Shown here piece after piece: positions 24,731-38,092 of a stretch of DNA of 64,000 nucleotides. The translations under genes were made by a program, and so were the position numbers. The stretch's first letter is position 1; every line of letters starts with the position of its first letter. This DNA comes from Sphyrna mokarran. Its lineage: Eukaryota. The notes beneath the pieces were generated by a model. That model was given only the letters and a program-made list of their open reading frames with translations. It was not told the origin of the DNA and searched no databases. The DNA is taken from positions 68,634,001-68,698,000 of the forward strand of contig JAGIQG010000011.1 of NCBI GenBank assembly GCA_024679065.1, written 5' to 3'.

Positions 24731-25744
24731 TTCTGCCCAATCTGTGCCAGCTCCTGTGTTCAAATGATTACCTTTTCCTTCAATCATTGAATATAAATCA
24801 TTCTAATAAATATTTCATTCCAATATGTACCTTTCTTCATCCACAAGTTAGAGCATACATAATATTTACTGAACTTTTTGATAAAACTCATGCATTTTCT
24901 GAGGCAGTATTCATAGTATATCAGAGATTGCACAGCTTTAGAATGAATCAGGATTTCATCAGTAAAGTGGTGGCAGGTAAAATGCGACATGAATGTATTT
25001 ATGGAAGGGAGGGTGATAATTACAGGAAATCACAGTATATTTAAGACTAAGATGTGAAAAATTCAAAGAGTGGGGCTCTACTAAAGGAAGCCTGGCAACC
25101 ATACATATGTTTACTGGGGAATGAGCAGCCTCATATTCTCGGGGCACGGAATTTGCAGAGTTGAGGCAGATCACCAGCCCCCTCAAACAGTACATGAGCA
25201 CCAAATGCTCTGGTCTGCCCCTGTAAACCTGAACGATGCAGATGTGGCTCAGCTGGAAGAATGGTCTACTCATCACAGAAAGAACTGAGGCAATTGTTGA
25301 TTAAGTTGAGGAGTCTGCCCCATGCAGGGTAGCATTAAAATCATCCGCAGCCTTGGCCTATACAGGGAGGCCCGGTGACCGAGGCTTTATCAACACAAGA
25401 GGGATGGCTTATTGTAATGCATCCATTTGCACCACAATGGCAAATGTACTACCATGGGCATCTCAGTTGCAGGCATTCACAAGTGAGCAGCCTGCCTTCA
25501 TCACATCCTCATTCACAGAGAAGGATGGGAGCAGAAGGAACTGAATCAACAGTACCATTGCCTCACTCACTTGGGAGATTCTCAGCATTGTTCCATTTAT
25601 CTCAGGATGAAATATAGTTCATGGAAATTCTGTTGGAGCTGAAGGCTTTCTTTTCAGGCAATATGAGGAATAGTGGAAAGGATATTGTCGTGTGAATCTT
25701 GAATGTGCTCCTTTCTTCTAAGGAAGGTTAAGTTTGTGACCCTC

Positions 25745-26100
25745 TTGTCCTCTGGATTGAACCACGTTTGGACTATTACCTGCATTATGCTCTGATGTAT
25801 AATCAAGGGCTCCATGCACCTGGACATACTCTCTTCCATCTTCTTCCATCAGGAAAAAGAGGTCAATGACAACTAACTCAAGAACATCTACTTCCTTGTT
25901 GCTATCAGACTTTTAAGCGGATCTACCTTTTAAGTTAATCTTTCTCTACACTCTCGCCATGACTGTAATCTAACACTCTGCACTCTCTCTTTTCTTTTTC
26001 CTCAATGTATTCTATGAATGATTTGTATGTGCATAAGAAACAATACTTTTCACTGTGTACCAAAACATGTGACAATAATAAATCAAATCAAATAAAATCA
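25745..26100 (+). mobile_element. Rex1/Babar-like LINE 3' end
   Basis: Homologous to 39100-39465; ends atgtgacaataataaatcaaatcaaa. Confidence 0.75.
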
Positions 26101-29100
26101 AAAGATGGGCAGCTATCTGAATGATGTCAGTTATGTCCACTGCCATCCTTTGACAGGATAGGGGGTGTAGAAGTACAGTGCCACTGACACTTTAACTGCT
26201 TCTGGGAAAGTGTGCCCAATTTGACTGGTGAGGACTGTGATGCTCTACCATCAAATCCACAATTCAGCCACGAGCTGGCTTAATAGACACATTCACTGTT
26301 GACATATACACATTTACACCCAGGAAGCTTATTCTTTTATCAAAGTACTCTGTGGTGAAGGTATTGTCCTTGTGGTCTCCATGCCCTGTTTGCTTCATGG
26401 TCAATAGGTTGTATGCACCGATAAAGGATTTATTCCTCATAGCTGCTCACCTCAAATTTGGAGCAACTGAGCTCCATGTCCTGGGATGGCCTCCCATGAC
26501 AGTTGCACTATAACGTTGTCTGAATCCTCTCTGCTTTGCCACACTATTTCCCGTAGCCCCGCACTCATTGTTCCAGTGCCTGCAGATCAAACTCTCTGAC
26601 TGCTTTGTTTTCAATGGCTATGGCTTGCCACTGAATAAAGAGTTCTCTGATGTTACCCCTTTTATACACTGCTCTCTAATGCACCCATCTACTCCAGCTG
26701 TCTGCTGTAATGCTATTTCCTTTTCAGGGACATAGTTATGACCTTGCATGTACCCACCATTCCCCAGCTTTCTGTGCTTCAACAAACCCTTGAATAGCTT
26801 GTTTGGATGGTAAATGGATGACCCAGCACTTTCGATTGCACAATTGTCAATGTTGTCGATGTACAAGACCCAAGTCCCTCACCAAGAAACAGGACAACAC
26901 AAAGAAATGACACGTCACTCAGGGATCCCACATTCCTTACAATGCAGAAAATATTCTTTTAAGATCCTGCTGAAAAGCTCATTTAATTTTGTTGAGACTA
27001 ATGAAGGGAAACTTATTCAATGTTGCGCAACATTTAATGTTAACCCATCTGTAAGTTATTAGCAGAGATTTGGAATGGGTATTAGGCCGCTTAATGAATA
27101 GGAATATTGTAAAATATCACTACTGCAGTCATAGAAATGCTAATGGGTTTTTTTTTAGGTGGAACTACATTTTTCTAATTTTACCTTTACTTCTGCATAT
27201 CTTAGCAATGGTTTTTTCAAGGTTTAAAAGATGAACAAAGCAATAGATTGTGTTTGTATTGACAGTCTGTGCAAACTAAATAGGTTAGGGGAGCATAAAG
27301 GTACCGTTATCTTCATAGCATATGTAATGTCTTTTGCACACTCACACTAGCTTAACTTTCGATTCTTTCTCTTGCATCAAATCTTGTTAACATTTCTGCA
27401 GAAGTAGATGTAATTTTTACTAATGTCTTTTACTGTTTCAGCAGCTCACCATGTTCACCTATGGACTGTATAATTTCGACAATGCTCATACCCCAGCTTG
27501 ATTCTCTTCTTCAAATTAGAGAGTTATATATCCGTACAGCACTGAAGGAGGCTAGTTGGCCTACTGCATCTGCAAAGGATCTTTGAAAGAGATATCCAAT
27601 TAGTCTTCCTCCCCTCTGATTTTCCCACAGCCTTGCAAATGTCTCCATTTCAAGTAGATCTCCATTTCTCTTTTGAAGGTTACAACTGAATCCGCCCCAG
27701 GCAGCGCGTTCCAAATAATAACAACTCACTGAGGGAAAAAAACGTTCTTCTTATTCCCATGTTGAATTTGTATGCTCTGGTGACTGGCACAGAGTTAACC
27801 ATGTTGTTTGACAATGCGGGCTCCACAGAAAGGGGGTGCCATCTTTAAGAAGTATCCTGATCTGTGATAAAAATAAACTCCTTCCCAAGGACACAGGGGA
27901 TTCCCCCACAAACAATGGGATGATCCCCATCACAGACGCATTGAGGCAACTCCCCCACAATATGTTTTAGCCTTCCCCTACTTCACAAGCACTGCAGCAA
28001 TTTCCTACCTCAAAGGCATTAATGTGTGCCCCTATCCCAATGGGTCACCCCCTGCACTGTCAGGTTAGCACTGCCAAGGGACAGTGGCACTGCACTCACT
28101 GCCCAGACATTTCCCTCTTTTCCGGGGGGCTATATTTACCTTGGCAGCACCACTGCGTTCCCCTCGACTGCTTCTAAAGCCCTGCTGTAAACCTCGACAA
28201 TGAGACACAACATGGTGAGATAAGAATATTCAGTGAGAGGGGAACATATTGTGGGAAAGCCCTATAATTGAAATGGGTTCCTGCCCTCTTGAGTGGGAAA
28301 CTCATTAAATCATGGAGAAAAAGTGTAGTGAAACCAGGAGACAAGATCTCACCATGAGAATCTTGTATCTGGACTCCCACGAGACTTTGGGTCTACGTTG
28401 CCATTTAGACTGACAAGCTCACAATCACTCCCAGGATCTTCAAAAATGAGAAGTTGAGGTCCCTCATGAAAGATAAAGTTAATAATCTGACCGCCCATTC
28501 ATGCCGCACTCCCATTGCAGCAGGATCAGAGAATTTGGTGACCAGCCAAATCTCTGTTCACTGCAGTGGGATGGGAAAATCTCACTGCTTGAACAGTAGT
28601 ACAATTCCGACCAAAGAATTTTTACTGAGACTTGGTGACTGACAATGGGTTGCTGAGATATCCAGGGGATCTGTTATGACTACATATGTTTGACAATGCT
28701 CACCCTTTAATTCATATTTACATCATTAATTCTGAATGTCATTGTATAGATATTGTCAATTGTTTCTGACTTTGTACATTTTGTACGTTAAAGCCTTGGA
28801 ATCTGGTGGCTTTCTATCCTGGTTACTAACTGGGGTTTCAAACTTGGTCCACTTTAAGCAAAAAGTTACTGGTCTCTAACTGGATCTTACCACTTATAAA
28901 TAACAAGAACTCTACATTAGGTTTTTAGTAACCACCAAGGTTGGTCAGTGCATTTGCTAAGACAAGGTGGTCATGATTTTAACAGCACTGTTTTTGTTTT
29001 TTCTAAGCACTGTACTTAAACTGGGTCTTCTGGAATCAGAAGTTACTATCTGAAGATCACACTGATTAAACCATTTTGGAAAGAATGGCTGAAAACAATA

Positions 29101-29915
29101 TAGTGGAATTTCTATCTGATACAACTGAGGGTACTCTGGTTGCTATTAGCAACTGCTCCAGCTTTGTTGAATCAACCTCATAAACTGCAATTCTTTCAGT
29201 TTCATTGACAGAATAAGAATGTCTCGTAGGAGTCAAGAAATTTTAAAATGCAACCTTCATTCAACTAATATTATTGAAGAGCCATGAAATGTACTGATCT
29301 ATTTAGCAGAAATATGCCCAAGTCTGTATTCGGCCAACTTATTTCTAAGATAATTGGAGTGTCTAGTCCAGCGAGCTTCCTTAACATCTGTTATGAAGAA
29401 AATCCAAGCATTAAATATCAGAAATATACAAGTTTCAAACAGATGTAATTCACTCTGGAAACCTAAAGGAAATGAACAATTGAGCTTCTGGTGAACATTA
29501 CTAGGGGCTAATAAATGCACGAGCCATTCTTGGAACCTAAATACTTAATAGAAAGAAGTGAGACATGATTCAGCAAAGAAATAAACCAGCTAGTCAAATA
29601 TTTGTGATAGGACGGGGTCAGGTTGAACGGGGGAGCATTGCAATATCTGAAAGTGTTTAACAGGACCCTATCAGGAAGCACTTTTCATGCAAAGGATTTG
29701 GAAATAGTGACCACCAAAAGGCGATGGATGCTGAATGAATTGATATGTTTAAAGACTAAGACTGATAGCTTCTTGTTAGGTAAGCATAGCAAGAAATGTG
29801 GAACAAAAGCAGATAAATGGAATTAACACACAGATCAGCCAGGATCTAACAGAATGGTGGAACTGGCCTGAGGAGATGAGAGCCCTATGGCTGTTTGATT
29901 AGAAGGTAAGAACTC

Positions 29916-30013
29916 AGTAAGAATTTAGCAACACCAATTTTAAATCCAACCAATTTATTTGATAGTAAAATTGCGAGCTTTCAACACTCTGTGTCTTCGT
30001 CAGGCAAATGCAG
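29916..30013 (-). mobile_element. Short Penelope-like 3' end (subfamily shared with 48147 and 61915)
   Basis: agtaagaatttagcaacaccaattttaaatccaaccaatttatttgatagtaaa matches the arms at 48147-48200. Confidence 0.75.
29971..30007 (-). ncRNA. Minimal type I hammerhead ribozyme motif (PLE-associated)
   Basis: Minus strand: UUGC-CUGACGA-A-GACAC aga GUGUU-GAAA-GC-UC-GCAA, giving stem I (4 bp), conserved core, stem II (5 bp including one G.U), palindromic stem III remnant (AGCU) and a UC cleavage site. Confidence 0.7.
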
Positions 30014-30834
30014 TGTTACATCATGTTCGATTAGAAGCCATTAAGAACGGTCAACATAATTTTAACAACAAAATCAGCCAGGAATGTGATCCTGATGTTG
30101 AGGCAGCTGAAATGCTCTTTTGGTGCTGCTTGCAATGTAGCACCACAAACCAACCTCATGCTATAATCTAGTACCAGCCACGCTTCATAATCTCACAAAT
30201 AATGCATGAAAAAGAGCACCACAATGAAAAGAAATATAAATATTGTAGAAGCACGAAATCTGAAAGAAAGAACAGTGGCCAAAATTCTCTGGGCATTCAT
30301 GTCAGCGGAATTCTCTGGTCCTGCTGATGGTGCACCTCCTGCTGCATGTTTCCTGTTGCGTGGGGTGGCTTCAATGAGCATTCCCATTGATAGCACTGGA
30401 ACTACAGGATCCTGCCATGAATGGCGTGTCATTTCCCATTACTGAGGAAAATGCCGAGGGGAGGCCAGAGAATCTTGCCCAAGAAATATTCAAATTATCA
30501 ATCCAAGCCTCAGAGGCAAATCATTGGCTTCTGGCTCTCCATGGGGGTGTTGCCTGACCTGCTGAATATTCCTCACTTTTTCTGTTTTTGTGAGCAAAGG
30601 TCTCAGTGATTCATAAAGGGCAACTGGTCACTGCGGAGTCAACATGGCAACAGCAAAATCAAACCAAGAAACAGAATTCTTCAAGGTTGTAGCTTTAGAG
30701 TTTGTAGTAAGAAATTAGTGAACAGAAGTGAGACAGCATGTCAGTCAAAGTGTCAGCTTGAAAGCAGTTACAATGGAGATTGAAGAAAGGAGAAATGCTA
30801 TCTTCTCAGTAACAGCTATTGGGAACAGGAAAAC

Positions 30835-31355
30835 TTCCATATCTAAGGAAGGATGTGCCGGCTTTGGAAAGAGTCCAGAGAAGGTTCACAAGAATGATCC
30901 CTGGAATGAAGAGCTTGTCATATGAGGAACAGTTGAGGACTCTAGATCTGTACTCATTGGAGTTTAGAAGGATGAGAGGGAATTTTATTGAAACTTACAA
31001 GATATTGCAAGGCCTGGATAGAATGAACGTGGAGAGAATGCTTCCATTAGTAAGAAAAACTAGAATCAAAAGACACAACCTCAGGCTAAAGGGATAATAC
31101 TTTAGAACAGAGATAAGGAGGAATTTCTTCAGCAAGATAGTGATGAATCTGTGGAATGCTTTGCTGCAGAAGGCTATGCAGTCCAGGTCAATGAGTGTTT
31201 TTAAGACAGAGATAGAGGGGTTCTTGATTAATAAGGGGGTCAGGATTATGAAGAAAAGGCAGGAGAATGTGGATGAGAAAAATATCAGCCGTGACTGAAT
31301 GGCAGAGCAGACTCCTTGAGCTAAGTGACCTTATTCTTCTCCTATATCTTATGGT
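30835..31355 (+). mobile_element. CR1 LINE 3' fragment
   Basis: PYLRKDVPALERVQRRFTRMIPGMKSLSYEEQLRTLDLYSLEFRRMRG, followed by a CR1 3' UTR. Confidence 0.9.
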
Positions 31356-31746
31356 CTTTTTTACGCTAATCTTTGTAATGAAGATTAACATCAAACTATT
31401 AAGTTATACCTGTCCATTTTGGATTTCAGTACCTTTAAAGATTTTTGTTTCTTCATTGTTCCTACTATACCATTTAGAAAATACCATGGCTCTAATTTTT
31501 TAAGGCCCAAAGTGAATGACTATGTACTTCCCAAATTCTTGCCCATTCAATTTATCAACATCCCTTTGCGATTATCTATCCTCACTTTTACTATTTACTG
31601 TACAATCTAACTTGATGCTGACAAGTACACTGGATATTTAAATGCTTATTATTTCATCTAATTGATTGATAAGTATAATGAAAAGCTGAAGACCAACTAA
31701 TCACACTCTGCTAGGGGGAGTACATCCATATTATCTCTATTCTCTG

Positions 31747-31872
31747 GGCAGAATTTTCCCATCCCACCTGCCATGGGAATCATAGCAGGTGGGTCACGGA
31801 CCATGGAAAGGTCCATTGACTTCAGACAGGATTTTTAGGCCATGCTCGTGCCAAAATCGGAAAATCATGTCC
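31747..31872. mobile_element. Short MITE-like element (ggcagaattttcc...ggaaaatcatgtcc), probably Harbinger-derived
   Basis: Imperfect terminal inverted repeats; internal sequence shared with 18566-18670 and 40355-40470. Related termini at about 30303-30480, 28480-28612 and 61190-61321. Confidence 0.55.
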
Positions 31873-34299
31873 TCTGTGTTTTGTTTCCCTCATGATTTCC
31901 CTACCCATGTTGATAGAGTGTCTCCAATTCCACATAGTTTCACTTTTGATTTGTGTCTTTTGGAAATTTGTATAGATGACATTTATAGACACTCCCGTCG
32001 TCATTTAAGTAACCTATCAAAAATTCATCAAAGTTAGTTCAATATGACTTTTCTGTTATAAATACTTGCAGGTTTTTTTTAATCGATTCATGTTCTAGTT
32101 CATATTCATCAAATTACTCAGTCACTCTTTCCAAATAATTGACTGATCTTCTTTAGGATATCTGAATATCACAAAACAACTACCAAAGAAGAAGACCATT
32201 CCCTCATTTTTATCAAACTCTTTCTTACAGTATTTCAATGTATTTGCATTCTTACCTCTGTACATAAGAAACAAGAAAAGCAGCAGCCAAATAAACTTTT
32301 TCTACTATTCAATGACATCACAACTGAACTCTTCCCCCAACTCCATTTTCCTGCTGGTGTCCATATATTTTGATTTCCAAAGGGAAATAGGAACAGTTAA
32401 CTCCTCTAGCTTATTCCACCATTTACTGAGATCATCTGTGACCTAATTCACAAATGTTGTCTCCCTTCATATTCCTTTGTATGTAATGTTTCCTCATTAC
32501 ACTTTAGTGAAAGGTCTATTTTTAATCTTTAGATCACGTCATCTAGTTCTGGATTCCCTACACAGTGAAAGTAGCTTCTGTGTATATAGTCGATCTGTTC
32601 CCCTAAACATCTTGAAAACTCCAATCAATTCATCCTTGAAACTAAATTCCAAAGAACATAACTGTAGTTTGTACAGTTTCTCCTCATAATTTAACCCTTC
32701 ATGTCTGAATTCTCTCCAAAGCCATTATTTTCTTCCTTAAGACAGGTCAAGATTCTTCATATGGTCCAACCAAGGTTTCGATGAAGTACAAAATCAACTC
32801 ATCTTGCATTCTGTTTCTCCAGAAATTAAGGTCAGCATTTCATTAACCTTTTTGATTATTTTCTATACCTATTGTAGGCACTTTAGTAATATGTATCTGA
32901 ACCCCAAATCTCTTTGGACATTTATGAAAATGCTGCACCTATGTGCTGATTACTCATTGCTGGGGATTTTCCGCTTCCAATCGTGTTGGGTGGGTTTGAC
33001 GATAGAAGCAGAACATCTCACTAGATCAGCCAACTCATGTTTCACATTGATTTGAATGCTTGACATCATTGTTCCCTCCTCCCATCATTGAGCACAATTT
33101 CCAACAATCAGTGCCAGGAAAATCATGTGAACGAATTAGCATATCATAATCAGACATCTATGCCTTAATTATTCCGCGCATTCCCGCCAACACCCCTGTA
33201 AAAAAGTCATCCAGGTCAGCCTGAGGGCAGAATAGAATAAAAACTGACTGGTTTCCCAGGATATTCCCCTGGCAAGCAGAAACCCCTGGGGACCTTAGGT
33301 AAGTGCATCGTTCAGGGAACTGAGGGAGTCAAGATTGGCATTGTCCTGACAGCACCAGAAAGTGCACTGTCTGCTAGGGGGCAGTGCCAAGAGCAATGCC
33401 ATGGGAGCATGGCTCCAGGAGTGCTGAAGAGGTGTGTGCTGGAGGTGGAGTTTCTGGGATGAACTCCTTTGTACTGCGATTGTCTTTAAAAATGCATCCA
33501 ATCCTCGAGAGACTGCGTTATTGGCAGGGTAGTGGAATCAAAGCCACCCCGTGTGTCATGCAATCCATCCCTTTGCTGTTTTCTTTCCACGTTTGTATTA
33601 TATGGCAGAGAAAGCTGCCATTGCTGTCAACAGTTCCAACCCAACTTTTCCTGCCCGCTTTCGGCCTTTGCCAATTTCCAGGAAAATTCAGCTCTTTGCA
33701 TGAAGAATTTCCTGATGCTAAATCTCAAATTCATTTCCCCCAGCTTTACCCCTTTGTAATACTTCCAAATATTATTCCAGATTTATCTTTTAAAAAGAAT
33801 AATTGTGTCGTAAATGTTAATGAAGTTACTTCTTCACTTCAGAGCCAAAGACCATTGCTTTTCTAGCTTTTCTCCTTCATTTAATCCTTTGCCATTCGAT
33901 TCATAGATCTTCTCTGAACTGTCTTTAAAGATCTGACATCCTCTTATGACATTATTGACAAAAGTGGAAAAAATACTCAAGCTGTGTTTTGATCAAAGGC
34001 ATATCATTTCAACACATCTCCACCTCACTTGTATCAATGCAGCATTCTATTTGTTGATTGTCACTCTGCAGTGCTTATAAATCTATCAAGTCCATCAAAA
34101 TCCCCAAATTTCTTTCAATTCCATTATTATTTATTTCAATATTATTCCTAGAATATTAATGTCATCCATTTTGGTGTCCAATACCAGAAATTTACACAGC
34201 AATATTCAGTTATGTCACCAATTGGTACTCATATCTCATATGATTGGTACTCATATCCTTGATCTCATATAGATGACCTGTGCTGTTTCTTTTTTCATT

Positions 34300-34600
34300 A
34301 ATTTATTTATTAGTGTCACAAGTAGGCTTACATTAACACTACACTGAAGTTACTGTTAACATTACTTAGTCACCACATTCCAGTGCCTGTTCGGGTACAT
34401 TGAGGGAGAATTTAGCATGGCCAATGCATTTAACCAGCACATCTTTCAGACTGTAGGAGAAAACTGGAGCATCTGGATGAAACTCATGCCAATGTAGGAG
34501 AATGTGCAATTTCCACACAAATAGTGACCTAAGTTGGGAATCGAACCTCGGCCCCTGGCATTGTGAAGTAGCAGTGCTAACCATTGTGCTGCCATGCCAC
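34300..34600 (-). mobile_element. V-SINE with alternative tail
   Basis: tttatttattagtgtcacaagtaggcttacattaacact...gtagcagtgctaaccattgtgctgccatgcc. Confidence 0.85.
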
Positions 34601-35053
34601 TCGTTAATCTTGAGATTAAACTCCCTCTGCAGTCACACCTTTGACTATTCTATTGTGTTCTTAAACTTTGGGTAGAATGACTACACCCCAAACTAAAAGA
34701 TACACACATTATTTATAAGTGTGACTATCTGAAATTATAGCTAAAATGAGATCCTAAGTTTACAATGAAGTCTTTAGAGTCAGGCAAGTCAAGTAGAACT
34801 TTTCAGGAACATAGTGTACAAAAATGCTGAATAAATACAGAGACTGGAAGTTTCCGGCCAATCTCGCCAGCAGGTTCTTCCAATCCCACCAACTCCGAAT
34901 GCCCACTGTGGATTTCCCAGCTCTCTATCAGCTGCCAGTGAGTGAGAATTGCCTGGCAATGTTGCTGTGTGAACCCTACATTCCTCTGTAACCCTCTTAG
35001 GTGATACCTGTTTAGGCACTGCTGGCTGCAGAATGACTGGCAAGGTCAATTAT

Positions 35054-35498
35054 AGTAAGACGCCTCACAACACTGGATTAGAGTCCAACAGGTTTATTTG
35101 GCAGCACTAGTTTTCACAGCCTCAAGCTCCTTCTTCAGATGAGTGAGTACTTGTGTTCACAAAAAGGGCATATAAAGACACAAACTCGATTTAGAAGATA
35201 ATGGTTGGGTTGCAAATCTTTACAGGTAATCAAGTTTAAAGGTACGGACAATGTGGGTGGAGAGAGAGTTAAGGCTAAAGTCATCCTGTGCTGAATCATC
35301 TTCCCACTCACATTGTCTGTACCTTTAAGACTTGATTACCTGTAAAGACTCGCATTCTAACCATTATCTTGTAAATTGAGTTTGTGTCTTTGTAAGCCCT
35401 GTTTGTGAACACAAGTCCTCACTCACCTGAAGAAGAGATTGAGGCTCTGAAAGCTTGAGCGGCCAAATAAACCTGTTGGTCTTGTGAGGCTTCTTACT
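35054..35498. mobile_element. Penelope-like element, inverted pair of 3' ends
   Basis: Arms about 35054-35265 and 35300-35498 are reverse complements, each with a CTGAAGA..GAAA motif. Confidence 0.8.
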
Positions 35499-35674
35499 CA
35501 ATCAACCTAACCGGCACATCTTTGTGAGGAAACCGGAGCATTTGGAGAAAACCCGCACAGGCATGGGGAGAAGGCGCAAACTCACATAGACAATCACCCG
35601 AAGCCAGAATTGAACCCGGTGTTGTGAAGCAGCAGTGCTAACCACTGTGTTACCATACCTCCCCTGTGATCAAC

Positions 35675-36035
35675 ACGCGCTTGGGCAGGTACTGCAGGGT
35701 GCCCCTGGATCAGTTGTAACATTTGAACTGTATCTTTAGCAGCCCAATAATCACCTCCACAATTGCCCTTGTGATTGTATTTCTCCTCAGCATTTGTCCT
35801 TGGGCAAATGACAGGCGTCAACAGCCACCTTTTCAAGGTAACCCTTGGCAGAGGCGAGATGGAGCAGCAAAGAGCCTGGGCACCTGCAAATGGCAAAGAA
35901 CATATGCATTGTGCAAACTGCCCTGGTACTTTGCACACACCTACAGAATCTGTGCCTTGTGGTCACACATACTCTGAATGTTCATTGAGTGAAACTTTTC
36001 TGTTCACCCGCTGGCCAGCTGGCACCCTGATAGCT
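35675..36035 (-). pseudogene. PIF/Harbinger (HARBI1-like) DDE transposase remnant
   Basis: Minus-strand translation across frameshifts: HIAIRVPAGQRVNRK/FHSMNIQSMCDHKAQIL*VCAKYQGSLHNAYVLCHLQVPRLF...KGY/LKRWLLTPVICPRTNAEEKYN/TRAIVEVIIGLLKIQFKCYN*SRGTLQYLPKRV. This matches Harbinger motifs NRKG.HS.N.Q..CD, PGS.HD, GYPL..WL.TP and R..IE..IG.LK.RF.CL. Confidence 0.85.
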
Positions 36036-36726
36036 ATATGGTGTTTGAAGCAAACCGTTTTTTGCACCACGCTGGCATGAAACAAGATCAAATTTGATGG
36101 TACACCTGTCCGTGTTGCCTGTGCAATGAGCTTAAAGTCACACAGGCAATGTTAAATTCTGGTCAATTGGGATTTTGCATCCCTTAACTACCTCCATTAT
36201 GACAGGCATGCAATTGATCCGTACCTGTGCCTGCCAGCCAATATATCGTGTGCGTGCATGATGATGTTGGGATACATGCCTGATGCTAGTGATTCAACAC
36301 TTGTGGGTCAGGCCCATGTCTATCAAGTCAATATAAAATTCTACCCCTGATATATTGTAGACGTACCTCAATTTGGGGATCTTATTCACAATAATACTTG
36401 TCATGCCTGAATGAATCAGTAAAGACAGTTTGTGTGTGATGAAATGCCCAGGGAGATTTTGAGTCTTCCTTAAAAATTTGTGGAGAATCAGTATTGAAAG
36501 GATTGATAAATTTCTCCCTTGGGGAAAAATTCACGAATTTCACGAATAGGCCAGAACTGTACCACCTTACCTCAGGCGGGAATCTCCAGTCTCACCCGAA
36601 AGAGACAGTAAAATCCCACCTATGGTGTTTATTTCTGTGTATACCTATGGCTTAAAGACATTGCATGTGTCTAAACTAAGTCAACAGAACTAGAGGGCAC
36701 AGCCTCAAAACAAGAGGGGGGCAGTT

Positions 36727-37878
36727 TAGAACATAGAACATTACAGCGCAGTACAGGCCCTTTGGCCCTCGATGTTGCGCCGACCAATTAAGAAAAAGCA
36801 ATGACCCTCTAACCTAAACCGTTCCATTTTCATCCATAAACCTATCCACTGACCACTTAAATGCCACCAAACTTGGTGCACCTACAACTGCTGCAGGCAG
36901 AGCATTCCATACCCTTACCACCCTCTGGGTAAAGAACCTACCTCTGACATCCGTCCTATAACTAACACCCCTTAATTTAAAGCTATGTCCCCTCGTGCTA
37001 GCCTTCTCCATCTGAGAAAAAAAGGCTATCACTGTCCACCCTGTCTAATCCTCTGATCATCTTATATGCCTCAATAAGGTCACCTCTTAGCCGCCTTCTC
37101 TCTAATGAAAATAACCTCAAATCCCTCAGACTTTCCTCATAAGACCTTCCCTCCATACCAGGCAACATCCAGGTAAACCTCCTCTGCACCCTCTCCAATG
37201 CCTCCACATCTTTCTTATAATGTGGCGACCAGAACTGTACACAATACTCCAAGTGCGGCCACACCAGAGTTTTGTACAGTTGCAACATGACGTTGCGTCT
37301 CCGAAATTCAATCCCCCTACCAATAAAAGCCAAGACTCTGTATGCCTTCTTAGCAACCTTATCAACTTGAGTGCCAACTTTCAGGCATCTATGCACATAT
37401 ACAATGAGATCCCTCTGTTCGTCAACACTATTAAGAGTCCTACCATTAGCCCTATACTCTATACATTTGTTATTTCTGCCAAAGTGAATTACCTCAGACT
37501 TTTCCACATTAAACTCCATTTGCCACCTCTCAGCCCAGCTCTGCAACTTGTCTAAGTCTCTCTGCAAACTATAACACCCCTCTTCACTATCTACAGCTCC
37601 TCCAACTTTGGTGTCGTCAGCAAATTTAGTAATACATCCTTCTATACCCTCATCCAGATCATTTATAAAAATTACAAACAGCAGAGGCCCCAAAACAGAT
37701 CCCTGAGGTACACCACTCGTTACTAAACTCCATGATGAATAATTCCCATCAACCACCACCCTCTGTCTTCTATCAGTTAGCCAATTCTTAATCCAATTAG
37801 CTAAATCACCCTCAATCCCATACATCTACATTTTCTGCAGAAGCCTTCCATGGGGAACCTTATCAAACGCCTTACTAA
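36727..37878 (-). mobile_element. CR1 LINE family A, 5'-truncated, with one frameshift
   Basis: 275-aa ORF 36998-37825 with SGVPQGSVLGPLLFVIFINDL and KFADDTK; continues in ORF 36814-37032 after a slip in an A run at about 37016-37023. Confidence 0.95.
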
Positions 37879-38092
37879 TTCTCTGCCCATTGAAGTGGTG
37901 GAGACTACCTTATTGAATATGTTTAAGTCATGGGTAGATAGATTTCTGATCAATAAGCGAATTAAGAGTTATGGGGAGCAGGCGGGTAAGTGGAACTGAT
38001 CCACTTGAGATCAGCCATGATCTTACTGAATGGCGGGGCAGGCTCAAAAGGCTAGATGGCCTACCCCTGCTCCTATTTCTTATGTTCTTATG
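37879..38092 (+). mobile_element. CR1 3' end of another subfamily, continuing the fragment at about 36670-36730
   Basis: ctctgcccattgaagtggtggag..gatagatttctg..gatcagccatgatctt..cctatttcttatgttcttatg. Confidence 0.8.

Noticed and set aside
24959-25700. Possible further Harbinger coding remnants (also 26400-26870)
   Set aside because: Resemblance is too weak to support without a profile search.
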